The translations under genes were made by a program, and so were the position numbers. From Calditrichales bacterium (GTDB taxonomy: Bacteria > Calditrichota > Calditrichia > Calditrichales > J004), in the NCBI GenBank assembly GCA_965267575.1, contig OZ254086.1, forward strand, positions 96,001 through 160,000: a stretch of 64,000 nucleotides of DNA. The letters run 5' to 3'. The notes beneath the pieces are model-generated. The model was not told the DNA's origin. It did not search any database and saw only the letters and a program-made list of their open reading frames with translations. Below, piece after piece: positions 50,662 through 59,976 of the stretch. Each line of letters begins with the position of its first letter. Position 1 is the first letter of the stretch.

Positions 50662-51296
50662 CCTGAACAATCTACTGGGGGTGAAATTTGCTTTTCATGG
50701 ATCAACTGCATCGCGAATTCCTGATGATTTGCAGGAGGCGTCCAGTTCATTTTAGTAATTTGGTCTTTGGGGCGCAGATGCGGAGCGGGATTACGGTGGC
50801 AATCCAGGCACCAGCCCATGCTCAAGGGCTCTTTTAATTCCACCACTTCCATTGCGGCAACATTTCCGTGGCAGCTCTCGCAGCCCACGCCCACGTTTAC
50901 GTGCGCGCTGTGGTTAAAGTAAGAATAATCCGGCAGGTCGTGCACGCGCACCCACTCGATGGGTGTGCCGTTGGCCCAGCTTTCGCGCACCGGCAAAAGC
51001 TTGGGATTGTCCGTTCCGATCAGCGTGTGGCAGTTCATACACGTCTCTGTCGGCGGAACGCCCGCTTTGGCGGACTTATCAACGCTGGTATGACAATAGC
51101 GGCAATCCATTCCTAAATCACCGGCATGCAACTTGTGGCTGTAGTCAACGGGCTGAGAAGGCCTGTATCCAACATCCGTATACTGCGGAGAGCCAAAGTA
51201 CCAAAAGAACCCGACCACTCCGACAAGCGCCGCTACGACGACGATCCCAACATAGATCGGCCAGCGGTTGGCGCCTTTCTTAAAAATCTGAGCCAA
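50649..51296 (-). CDS. actA: Alternative complex III pentaheme cytochrome ActA
   Basis: N-terminal TM and five CxxCH motifs. Confidence 0.93.
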   Translation of the reverse strand: MAQIFKKGANRWPIYVGIVVVAALVGVVGFFWYFGSPQYTDVGYRPSQPVDYSHKLHAGDLGMDCRYCHTSVDKSAKAGVPPTETCMNCHTLIGTDNPKLLPVRESWANGTPIEWVRVHDLPDYSYFNHSAHVNVGVGCESCHGNVAAMEVVELKEPLSMGWCLDCHRNPAPHLRPKDQITKMNWTPPANHQEFAMQLIHEKQISPPVDCSGCHR

Positions 51297-51450
51297 TGCT
51301 TACTCCTTGTTGCGGTTTCAACTCAAAATGATAAATCACCCAAGCTTCGCATCGATTTATAGACGTGATTTTGCCCAAAAAGGCCTGCAATATAAAAATC
51401 GTCAATATCGAATTCAATAAATTTGGTGCATTAATTCACATAGAAATGCA

Positions 51451-52314
51451 CTAAATCAGACCATCAATTGCTATGGCCGCGAACAACCCGAACAGATATA
51501 TTATGGAATATCCGAATAGTCCGCGTATCGCCTTCACTTCCCGGCTGCGTCCGGCGGCGTAACTTTTTCGGATAAATTGCCAGCCAAGGGTGCCGGCAAT
51601 TAAAAGATATATCCAGCTTATGCTGGCGTTAACTACAAGCAGGAAACTTACTCCCACCAATAACCAGCTGTATAGAATTATTTGTTGAAAAGTGCTGTCA
51701 TCGCCTTTAACAACGGGCATCATGGGCAAATTGGCCACGCGGTAATCATCCTTGTAGACCAGTGCCAGCGCCCAAAAATGCGGTGGTGTCCACAAAAAAA
51801 TAATCAGGAACAAAATCCACGGCTCAACGGCCATGGCCCCCGTGGCAGCCACCCACGCGCCAACCGGCGCCATGCTCCCGGCAATACCGCCAATAACGAT
51901 ATTCTGCGGCGTAGTCGGTTTAAGATAGAGCGTGTAAAAAAGGCTGTAAAAAAGGATAGTGGCCAGGGCCAGTAAAGCACTATACCAGTTAAATAATAAA
52001 CCAAGGATCAGAACACCGGCAACCCCGATCGCTATGGAAAAAGTAAACGCGGCCAAAGGACTCAGCCTTTTCATCGGCAAAGGACGGCGGCCTGCCGTTC
52101 TTTTCATTTTCGCGTCTATTTCCCGTTCAAAACACTGATTAAGAGCGTTGGCTGAACCGCCGCTTAAATAGATCCCCAGCAGGGCAAGAGCAAAATAGAG
52201 GGGATTGCTCAACAAGCTGCCTTCCAGAACCAGGGCCGTTGCTCCCGTTATAATCACCAGAAGCATGATCGTCGGCTTGGTGAGCGCAAAAAAAGCTTTC
52301 AGAATAGATGTCAT
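51451..52314 (-). CDS. ctaB: Heme O synthase (protoheme IX farnesyltransferase)
   Basis: LTKP, DAKMKRTAGRRPLP, LKPTTPQNIVIGG, WTPPHFWAL; start set at ATG 52314. Confidence 0.94.
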   Translation of the reverse strand: MTSILKAFFALTKPTIMLLVIITGATALVLEGSLLSNPLYFALALLGIYLSGGSANALNQCFEREIDAKMKRTAGRRPLPMKRLSPLAAFTFSIAIGVAGVLILGLLFNWYSALLALATILFYSLFYTLYLKPTTPQNIVIGGIAGSMAPVGAWVAATGAMAVEPWILFLIIFLWTPPHFWALALVYKDDYRVANLPMMPVVKGDDSTFQQIILYSWLLVGVSFLLVVNASISWIYLLIAGTLGWQFIRKSYAAGRSREVKAIRGLFGYSIIYLFGLFAAIAIDGLI

Positions 52315-52336
52315 TCCTGTCTTTGATAACCTTCCT

Positions 52337-53680
52337 TTACTTGGACGCTTTGGATTCTGATTTGGCAGATTTGTTTTTAGATGATTCCGCTTTTGCAGAC
52401 TCGCTGCCCTCTTCTTCTTTTTCCCCGGAGTCGTGAAGGTCGACAAGGTATCCGAATTGTTCGCGAAATTCTTCCAGAGACATATTTGCCGTAGCGGCAT
52501 ATTTAGCAAGTTCATGCGGATCATCAAAATCTTCCGGCTTGAGGCGGATCATGTAGCGATACGCTATCTGATACCATTCCGAGTTGATGTCCACCATGCG
52601 CACTTTCATTTTGTGCGTTTTACGATCCAGAATATCCTTGAAATAGAGCGGTACAAAATTGTGCTCCTGCATGGAGATCAGAGCACCGTTGCCCCCTTCG
52701 AACAGGAACTTGGCGGCCATGTAGCCTAAGTCACGGCAATACTCCATATCGAAAGGAATGGGATCGGCACAGCGCAATTCATAGCCAATATTCTTGGCAA
52801 CGATCGTAGTTTTCAGGTCAAACTGCTTCAGGCGCTGCTGGACATGGTATTTCAAAATTTCAGGGAAATTTATTTCGGCAAAACGCAGGTTGTCATGAGC
52901 ATCACGCTCTATATTTAAAAGCTGGCTGAAAGTTTTTGGGTCAAGCTTGTCGATCAAACCTTCGGCAATAACGGCCACGCCGTCGCTGCGCCCGTAGCTG
53001 ATGCGCTTGATGATCGCGCCAACCAGCGTATCCACGAGGTGATTGAGGCTGATCTTTCCCGGGCGGAATTCTTCGGGAACGATGGTGAGTGTTGCGCCCG
53101 CGGCTTTACCGATACCCAGCGCCAGGTGCCCGGCTTTGCGACCCATCGTCACAACAAAATACCAGCGCGATGTGGTTTTGGCATCGGTCATAATGTTTTT
53201 TATGATCTCCACGCCTATATGTCGTGCGGTCTGATATCCGAAGGTCGGGATGCCGTGCGGTAAATCCAGGTCGTTATCGATGGTTTTGGGAACGTGTGCC
53301 ACGCGGATGCGTCCCGCGGCAACCTGCTCCACGCGATAAGCGGAATAGGCCGTGTCATCGCCACCGATGGTAATAAGCTTATCTACATTCAGGCGTAACA
53401 GCGAAGAGACCGTGTTTTCGAGATATTTGGGATCTTTGGTGGGATTGTCGCGCGCGATGCCGAGATGTGATCCGCCGCGAAAGTGAATTCTGCTTACTTC
53501 TTCAATGGAGAGATTTTTTATATGGCTGATATCACCGCGCATCAGCCACTTGAAGCCATCCATAATTCCGATAACTTCTGCTCCGGAAATTATCGCCCTG
53601 ATCGTTGCCGCGCCTATAACACTGTTGATGCCCGGTGCAGGTCCACCGCCAACAAGAATCGCGGTTCTTTTAGGAAACAT
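52337..53680 (-). CDS. pfp: Pyrophosphate-dependent phosphofructokinase
   Basis: GGGPAPGIN, IGGDDT (PPi-type Asp), PKTIDND, MGR. Confidence 0.9.
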   Translation of the reverse strand: MFPKRTAILVGGGPAPGINSVIGAATIRAIISGAEVIGIMDGFKWLMRGDISHIKNLSIEEVSRIHFRGGSHLGIARDNPTKDPKYLENTVSSLLRLNVDKLITIGGDDTAYSAYRVEQVAAGRIRVAHVPKTIDNDLDLPHGIPTFGYQTARHIGVEIIKNIMTDAKTTSRWYFVVTMGRKAGHLALGIGKAAGATLTIVPEEFRPGKISLNHLVDTLVGAIIKRISYGRSDGVAVIAEGLIDKLDPKTFSQLLNIERDAHDNLRFAEINFPEILKYHVQQRLKQFDLKTTIVAKNIGYELRCADPIPFDMEYCRDLGYMAAKFLFEGGNGALISMQEHNFVPLYFKDILDRKTHKMKVRMVDINSEWYQIAYRYMIRLKPEDFDDPHELAKYAATANMSLEEFREQFGYLVDLHDSGEKEEEGSESAKAESSKNKSAKSESKASK

Positions 53681-53856
53681 TTATTACCCCTTATTTGCAG
53701 AATTGACTTAGCTGCCGAATTTAAGCGGCATGCTACTACTTATCAAATTTAAATGACTTTATTTTTAATGCTTTTGTGTCGTACATTTATATTTGATGTG
53801 TCAGTCAAAGGAAAACGCAGCGGACATGCCGTTTATTTTGTCCGGCTGGTATTTTT

Positions 53857-55617
53857 ATGCTAATAAAAGATTTAAATCTTACGGGTTTTAAGAAAAGCGA
53901 CGAGCGCGGGCTTGACCTGCAGGCGTTGTCTGCCGGTGATATTGCCGGCGCCCGGGCGGAAAACAAACGTTTCCTGTTTCATGCCATTCTTGGCATTATT
54001 TACGGTCTCTCCGCGCGCGAGCAGGAAAATTTCCGGGCGGAAGACGGGGCCAAAGTATTAACGGGCCGTTTAACCATTGTTTTTGGCGATTCCTTTCTGC
54101 ACATAGAACGCGATTTTGGCACAGGCATCGTTGCCGTTTTATCCCAACGCCAGGGCAAATACAAGCCCGTATTCCAGGGCAAGGATCTGCCCGGCAGGCA
54201 AAGTTCAAGACCCTACCTCGATATCCTCAGTTCCTTTTTTACCATTACGGACAAATACTTCATCACCGAATTATGCGGAGACGAGATTGCCAGCAATCAA
54301 AACAGCCTGGAAGACCTGCTGGACCTGCTACATCTGTTTCTGCGGCCGCGCTTTAAAATAGCCACGGTGCGCCGGCTTATTGGCAAGTGCGAAAAGATAT
54401 TGAACCGGGAAGAAGACCTGACCCTGCCGCAAAGCGTGGATGAAAAAATTGATCTGCTAAAAAATTTCGAGAAACTGCAACAAAGTGAAAAGAGCGTTAA
54501 AGAGGATATTTCGCGCTATCACCATTTTTGGAACACCCTGAATAAAAATTACGACCTGCGCAGTAATACCAACGAGAGACTGAAACAGCGCTTTCCGCTC
54601 ATTTATCATATGGATGCCAGGGAGGTCAGACAGGAAGTAAAGCAACTGCTCACCTTCCGTAACGAAGAACAGCAGCTCAAAAACCAGCTTGACAAAATCC
54701 GCCAGCGCATAAAAAAAGTGGATGATACTATCCAGAATAAGCTCATCGTTTATGCCGATTTACCGGACAGCTTTGAACAGGACTTTCACCATTACCAGCG
54801 TCTCTCCATGGATGTGGCACAGGTTAAAAACGAGTACGACCGTTATACCATCGAAGCGGGTAAGACCAATGCCGAACTGCGCCGCTGGCGAAGATGGGAA
54901 AAATCGTATTACATCGCGGCCGTTGCGCTCGGCCTGCTGAGCGGTTTGATTTTCTTTACGGCCTCGCCCTTGTGGAGCCTGCCTGTGCTGGCTGTTCTGG
55001 GGGCAGGCGGCTTCGTCTTTTTCCGCAAAATGAAAAACGACCGTATTTCCCACATGGATTATATCCACAGCCGCCAGGACGCACTGCGCAAACAAATACA
55101 GGAGCAGGAAGGTGAGATCAACGAACTGCGCCACAAGTCTTTTCTGCTGGATGACCTGGACCTTATTGACGAGCACATTGAAAAGTTTAAGCAGTATCGT
55201 AAGATATTGAATTATAAAGAGGAGCTGGAAAAACAGAAAACGCAACTAAAGCGTCAGCTCAACGCGCCGCGTTTTATGGATGACCAGGCGCAGCTGGAAA
55301 AGAAATACAGCCGTCTTATAAACCTGCAGCGGGATGATTTGCTAAAATACCTGGAAGATTTTGAAGCGGCCCAGGAAGCAATCCATGATAATATTGAATT
55401 TAAGGAAAACTCAGCCAGGCTGGACCCGGTAAGGCAAACAATTAACATGTACGACCATCTGCTGACGCAAATTGTGCATGCCCGTGAAGAGATAAAAAAG
55501 CATCTGGATATGCCGGACCTGGATAATAATACAGAGGGCTATCTGAAACGTGCTTACGAAGAGCGCGATCTGTTGGAGAGCAACCGCAAAATGCGCAATA
55601 CGCTGATTAACAACTGA
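53857..55617 (+). CDS. Coiled-coil membrane protein, degenerate YhaN/SMC-like
   Basis: MLIKDLNLTGFK start, long coiled coil, two central TMs. Confidence 0.6.
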   Translation: MLIKDLNLTGFKKSDERGLDLQALSAGDIAGARAENKRFLFHAILGIIYGLSAREQENFRAEDGAKVLTGRLTIVFGDSFLHIERDFGTGIVAVLSQRQGKYKPVFQGKDLPGRQSSRPYLDILSSFFTITDKYFITELCGDEIASNQNSLEDLLDLLHLFLRPRFKIATVRRLIGKCEKILNREEDLTLPQSVDEKIDLLKNFEKLQQSEKSVKEDISRYHHFWNTLNKNYDLRSNTNERLKQRFPLIYHMDAREVRQEVKQLLTFRNEEQQLKNQLDKIRQRIKKVDDTIQNKLIVYADLPDSFEQDFHHYQRLSMDVAQVKNEYDRYTIEAGKTNAELRRWRRWEKSYYIAAVALGLLSGLIFFTASPLWSLPVLAVLGAGGFVFFRKMKNDRISHMDYIHSRQDALRKQIQEQEGEINELRHKSFLLDDLDLIDEHIEKFKQYRKILNYKEELEKQKTQLKRQLNAPRFMDDQAQLEKKYSRLINLQRDDLLKYLEDFEAAQEAIHDNIEFKENSARLDPVRQTINMYDHLLTQIVHAREEIKKHLDMPDLDNNTEGYLKRAYEERDLLESNRKMRNTLINN

Positions 55618-55622
55618 CTCCC

Positions 55623-56372
55623 GTGGAACTCTCACTCAACACTATTCTCATTTTATTTGGCGTGGGCGCAATTGCCGGCTTTATCAACACCAATGCAGGC
55701 GGCGGCTCCACCCTTACCCTGCCCGCACTGATCTTTGCCGGCCTGGATACGGCAACGGCCAACGGCACCAACCGCATCGCCATCCTGCTGCAAAATATGT
55801 CGGGTGTAGCCAGCTTCCGTAACCAAAAAGTGTATGGCCTTAGGCTGGCCCTGATGTATGGCCTGTTCACCATTCCCGGTGCCATTGCCGGCGCGTTTTT
55901 TTCCATCAAGCTGAGCGATATCTGGTTTCAGCGTATCCTCGGCATCATCATGATTGCCATCGTTCTGTCGCTGATTGTTAGCCCGCAGAGGAAAACAGGC
56001 GCGGGACAGGAGGTTAAGAATCCGGGCTGGGGATTTTATCTTTCACTGCTTGGTGTGGGTTTCTACGGCGGCTTTATACAGGTGGGCGTGGGCTTTGTAC
56101 TCATGGCGGCGCTTTTTGGCTTTTTGAAGACATCGCTGGTGCGGGTCAATTTCTACAAATTAACCATCGTGTTTGTTTACACCATCCCTACCCTGGCCTT
56201 TTTCGTACTAACCGGAAACGTGGACTGGCCCGCGGGACTGAGCCTGGCAACGGGCAATATTGCCGGTGCGTGGATCGGCGCCCATATGTCCGTAAAAAAG
56301 GGTGACGCATTTATCCGCTACGTCCTGATTGTAACCATCCTGATCCTGGCGGCCAAACTGCTGATGGGCTAA
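55623..56372 (+). CDS. TauE/SafE family transporter
   Basis: AGFINTNAGGGSTLTLP, ANGTNR, GFYGGFIQVGVG. Confidence 0.9.
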   Translation: MELSLNTILILFGVGAIAGFINTNAGGGSTLTLPALIFAGLDTATANGTNRIAILLQNMSGVASFRNQKVYGLRLALMYGLFTIPGAIAGAFFSIKLSDIWFQRILGIIMIAIVLSLIVSPQRKTGAGQEVKNPGWGFYLSLLGVGFYGGFIQVGVGFVLMAALFGFLKTSLVRVNFYKLTIVFVYTIPTLAFFVLTGNVDWPAGLSLATGNIAGAWIGAHMSVKKGDAFIRYVLIVTILILAAKLLMG

Positions 56373-56399
56373 ACAGGACATTTGAAAAATTTTGATGTT

Positions 56400-56876
56400 A
56401 TGAAAAACGCATTCCCTTTGTTAAATTTCCCTGATGTGAACATTGAACTGGATAAGGATGACGACGGCCCGCAGATTTTTGACCCGTTCCGCAAAAAATG
56501 GCTGGTCTGCACACCCGAAGAGTGGGTACGCCAACACCTGCTGGCTTACCTTTACGAATACAAAAAATATCCGCGCAGCCTGTTAAAAGTGGAAGGCAGC
56601 GTTGAGGCATTCGGACAAAAAAGGCGTTTTGACGCGGTTGTTTACTCACGGGAGATCAGCCCGTTGATGATTGTGGAGTGCAAAGCGCCGACAGTAAAAA
56701 TCAGCGATAAAACACTGCAGCAGATTGCCGTTTACCACAGCAGCTTAAAAACGCCGTACCTGCTGATTAGCAACGGCATCAAACACTTTTGCTGCAAAAT
56801 GAAGACGGACGGCAGATACGCGTTTTTGGACGATATACCCGATTATGAAATGCTGCTAAAAAATTCAAAGTATTGA
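56400..56876 (+). CDS. Stand-alone HsdR N-terminal-like (HSDR_N) domain protein
   Basis: LNFP, FDPFRKK..TPEEWVRQ, D..VECK, Q...Y, SNG; start uncertain (56382/56400). Confidence 0.85.
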   Translation: MKNAFPLLNFPDVNIELDKDDDGPQIFDPFRKKWLVCTPEEWVRQHLLAYLYEYKKYPRSLLKVEGSVEAFGQKRRFDAVVYSREISPLMIVECKAPTVKISDKTLQQIAVYHSSLKTPYLLISNGIKHFCCKMKTDGRYAFLDDIPDYEMLLKNSKY

Positions 56877-56970
56877 AGTCGCGAAGTCAAGAAGTTTTAT
56901 AGTCTTGAAGTCCGGGAATACAGCCGGGCCTTTTGACTTCCGGACACCCTGACTCCGGGACTTCCGGACA
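56868..56970. repeat. Inverted arrays of degenerate 8-mers (GAAGTCnn ... GACTTCCG)
   Basis: gaagtcgc gaagtcaa gaagtttt atagtctt gaagtccg on the left; gacttccg gacaccct gactccgg gacttccg on the right. Confidence 0.7.
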
Positions 56971-57038
56971 TTACATAGAAATTTGCATCGATTGAAAGCA
57001 TTTGCTACAATCGCCACCTTTAAAAAGCAGACGAGTTT

Positions 57039-57833
57039 ATGATTCCGATAAAGAACAAAAAAGAAATTGAGAAAATCCGCGCCGCTGCCCTGCTGGTGTC
57101 GCGCACATTGGGGCTGATTGCCGAGCATATTGAGCCCGGCGTTACAACAGCCTCGCTGGACAAAATGGCCGAGGAGTTTATCCGCGATCACGGCGGCATC
57201 CCTGCCTTTAAAGGATACAACGGCACCTTCCCGGCCACGCTCTGCATGTCACGCAACGAGGAGGTTGTACACGGCTTTCCGTCCGAAACGCCTCTCAATG
57301 AGGGCGATATCATCAGCGTGGATTGCGGCGTTAAGCTGGACGGCTGGTATGGCGACCACGCTTACACCTTCCCCATAGGCGCGGTTAGCATGCCGGTGCT
57401 ACGACTTTTAAAAGTGACCCGCGAGTGCCTGGATATTGGTATTGAGCAGGCGCGCAGGGGCAAAAAGATCGGTGATATCGGCCACCACATTCAACAACAT
57501 GCCGAAGGCAACGGTTATGGCGTTGTGCGCGAACTGGTGGGTCACGGTTTGGGCCGCAAGCTGCATGAAGAGCCGCAGGTGCCCAACTACGGGCGTAAAG
57601 GCAGCGGGCCGCGCATTCAAGACGGCATGGTAATAGCTATCGAGCCGATGATCAATATGGGTACGGGTGCCGTGCTGCAGCTGGACGACGGCTGGACCAT
57701 CATCACCGCCGACAAAATGCCATCGGCCCATTATGAGCACAACGTCGCTATCGTAAACGGCAGACCGGAAGTGCTTTCCACCTTTGATTACGTGGAAGAG
57801 GCGCTGAACAAAAAGGGCGTGACAGTTATTTAA
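57039..57833 (+). CDS. map: Methionine aminopeptidase type I
   Basis: NEEVVHG, GHGLG..HEEP, AIEPM, SAHYEH. Confidence 0.97.
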   Translation: MIPIKNKKEIEKIRAAALLVSRTLGLIAEHIEPGVTTASLDKMAEEFIRDHGGIPAFKGYNGTFPATLCMSRNEEVVHGFPSETPLNEGDIISVDCGVKLDGWYGDHAYTFPIGAVSMPVLRLLKVTRECLDIGIEQARRGKKIGDIGHHIQQHAEGNGYGVVRELVGHGLGRKLHEEPQVPNYGRKGSGPRIQDGMVIAIEPMINMGTGAVLQLDDGWTIITADKMPSAHYEHNVAIVNGRPEVLSTFDYVEEALNKKGVTVI

Positions 57834-57838
57834 AAATG

Positions 57839-58185
57839 TGTCATCTCGAACCCGCGACAGCGGTGAGAGATCCAGGATGCATAAGTCACCATACTATTGC
57901 GAGCTGAAGCCACAGCGCACTCCCGGATCTCTCACATATATTCGAGATGACAGCAGCGAAATTGTCATCCCGGCCTCCGAGCCGGGATCTATGGCCGGGA
58001 ATGATCACAGGATTCCGGGTCGATGCCCGGAATGACAGGTGCAGGAAAGGGTTGGGGATGGGTTGTCCCCCGATCAGGATCAAGAACATGAGCAAGATCA
58101 CGATCAAGATTTACATGAACACATGAACACCTGAATACCTGAATACACATTAACACTTTAACACAACAACACATCAGCACATAAA
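57839..58185 (+). repeat. Composite intergenic repeat, copy A
   Basis: GTCATCTCGA arm pair, GTCATCCCGG arm pair, GGGTTGGGGATGGG, (GATCAA)n, (TGAACACA/TTAACAC)n. Confidence 0.85.
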
Positions 58186-58599
58186 ATGATCATTGCAGTA
58201 GATTTTGACGGAACCATTGTAGAACACCGCTATCCTGAAATCGGCAAGCCTATATTGTTTGCCTTTGAAGCCTTAAAAGAACTCCAAAAACGCGACCACC
58301 GTCTGATCCTGTGGACCTACCGCGCGGGCAAGGAACTGCAGGAAGCGATCGATTTTTGCCGTGAGAATGGGGTTGAGTTTCACGCCCATAATGCCAACCA
58401 CCCCAATGAACAATTCGACCCCAAAACGATGAGCCGCAAAATACACGCGGACCTGTTTATCGATGACCGCAACGTGGGCGGCTTCCCCGGCTGGACCGCC
58501 ATCCTGCAAATGATCCACCCGGAGGAATTTGGCCTGGATGAAGAACAAGGCGTGCTGGATAAGGCCAGGCAATGGTGGCGCGACATAACACGGGGATAA
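58186..58599 (+). CDS. HAD-superfamily phosphatase-like protein
   Basis: IAVDFDGTIV, LWTYR, RKIHADLFIDDR. Confidence 0.88.
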   Translation: MIIAVDFDGTIVEHRYPEIGKPILFAFEALKELQKRDHRLILWTYRAGKELQEAIDFCRENGVEFHAHNANHPNEQFDPKTMSRKIHADLFIDDRNVGGFPGWTAILQMIHPEEFGLDEEQGVLDKARQWWRDITRG

Positions 58600-58610
58600 G
58601 GCGGCAAAAC

Positions 58611-58881
58611 TGTCACCTCGAAGCCACAGCACATTCTTAGATCTCTCACATGCGTTCGAGATGACAGCCAGCATTGTTGGCAATCAGCCACACCGGGATC
58701 TATGGCCGGGGATAATCTCAGGATCCCGGCGCGGAGGCCAGGATGACAGGCGTGTTTGGGCCCCTTCCATTGGGACAAGGGAAGGGGTTTGGGGATGGGT
58801 TCAAAAGATCACGATCGTGAGCATGATCACGATCAAGAATACTTGAACACATTAACACCCTAACACTTCAACACCTTAACA
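58611..58881 (+). repeat. Composite intergenic repeat, copy B
   Basis: Same modules in the same order as copy A, left arms partly deleted. Confidence 0.85.
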
Positions 58882-59847
58882 CTATCCCCTATTTTTCATC
58901 CTCCACACATCATAAAAATCCTGGATGGCCTGGATGTCGTCTTTTATGCGCTCAAAAGAGTGGTCTTTGGTCCAGTCCTCCATCAGGTACTGGTCGGGAT
59001 GGCTGAGCGCCAGGTGGATGATGTTGGAAAGCGGGATCATGTAGTATTCATAGAGCTGATCGATCTTGCTGCATTGCACCTCAAAATTGATCGTTGACTC
59101 GTTTTGAGGATTGGTCTTAACGACGAACTCATTTTCCAGCCGGCCTTTATGACGGATGGTTTGAATGGCCATGTGCAGATTGCCGACCCAACTGCCGACG
59201 CGGTCAAAATTAAGGGCGCGGTTGGCTTCCAGGCTGGTGATACTGAGGCCGGACTGAAAATCGGCTTTTTGCTCCAGCGCCTTCAGGTCGGACAGCATGT
59301 ATATGTACAGATTTTCCAGGTCTTCCATAGCCCAGCGGTTAATAGGATAATCTTCGGAATCGAGGCTGCGCCGTTCACGCCGGGGATAGGTAATCACCAT
59401 TTCCCCGCTTTTGGTGACGGAACGGTGAAAATCATAGGCACGGCGGATTTCTTCATAGGGCATCTGGAAATCGGAGTCGCTTACGGCCACATTTTCAAAC
59501 TCCATCAGCCGGCCTATGCGCACCAGCAGTTCCAGCGGATAGGTGAGGCCCATGGGCAATTCATTATAATAAAGCACCTGCACGCGATCGGGATGGAAAA
59601 AGCTTTTTTTATAGACTTCACTCACCCGTTTGGCGCTCTCTTCCCAGGGCGCAAAATCATAAAAAGCCACTTGCGGCATCAAACCTTTCTCTTCCAGGAA
59701 AGCGCGCGGATTTTTGCCGCATAACGCCACGATGGTCACAAAGCCATCGCTGTAGGAAAAATGCTTTGACTGGCCTTTAATGATATGAGCGAGATCGTCA
59801 AAGGAAGCAGTTGAATTGAGATACTGGCGGAATCCGATTATATCCAT
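58882..59847 (-). CDS. Hypothetical protein, possible GT-A glycosyltransferase-like fold
   Basis: 321-aa ORF; VAVSDSDFQMP DxD-like motif. Confidence 0.5.
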   Translation of the reverse strand: MDIIGFRQYLNSTASFDDLAHIIKGQSKHFSYSDGFVTIVALCGKNPRAFLEEKGLMPQVAFYDFAPWEESAKRVSEVYKKSFFHPDRVQVLYYNELPMGLTYPLELLVRIGRLMEFENVAVSDSDFQMPYEEIRRAYDFHRSVTKSGEMVITYPRRERRSLDSEDYPINRWAMEDLENLYIYMLSDLKALEQKADFQSGLSITSLEANRALNFDRVGSWVGNLHMAIQTIRHKGRLENEFVVKTNPQNESTINFEVQCSKIDQLYEYYMIPLSNIIHLALSHPDQYLMEDWTKDHSFERIKDDIQAIQDFYDVWRMKNRG

Positions 59848-59976
59848 GAACTTCTTTCGTATTTGCTGCGGGTTGTCTAATTTTTTTTACATTGTCGATT
59901 GTTGCGCGGATTGCTTGAGCCGCACAGCCCGGCAAGAAATTAAAACAGCACTTAATGTAATCAAAAAGGAAATACC

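Noticed and set aside
52315-52527. N-terminal extension of ctaB in the ORF track
   Set aside because: Overlaps the pfp 3' end; ATG 52314 gives a normal-length enzyme
56382-56876. Type I restriction-modification system
   Set aside because: Only a short HsdR-N-like domain; no helicase, hsdM or hsdS nearby
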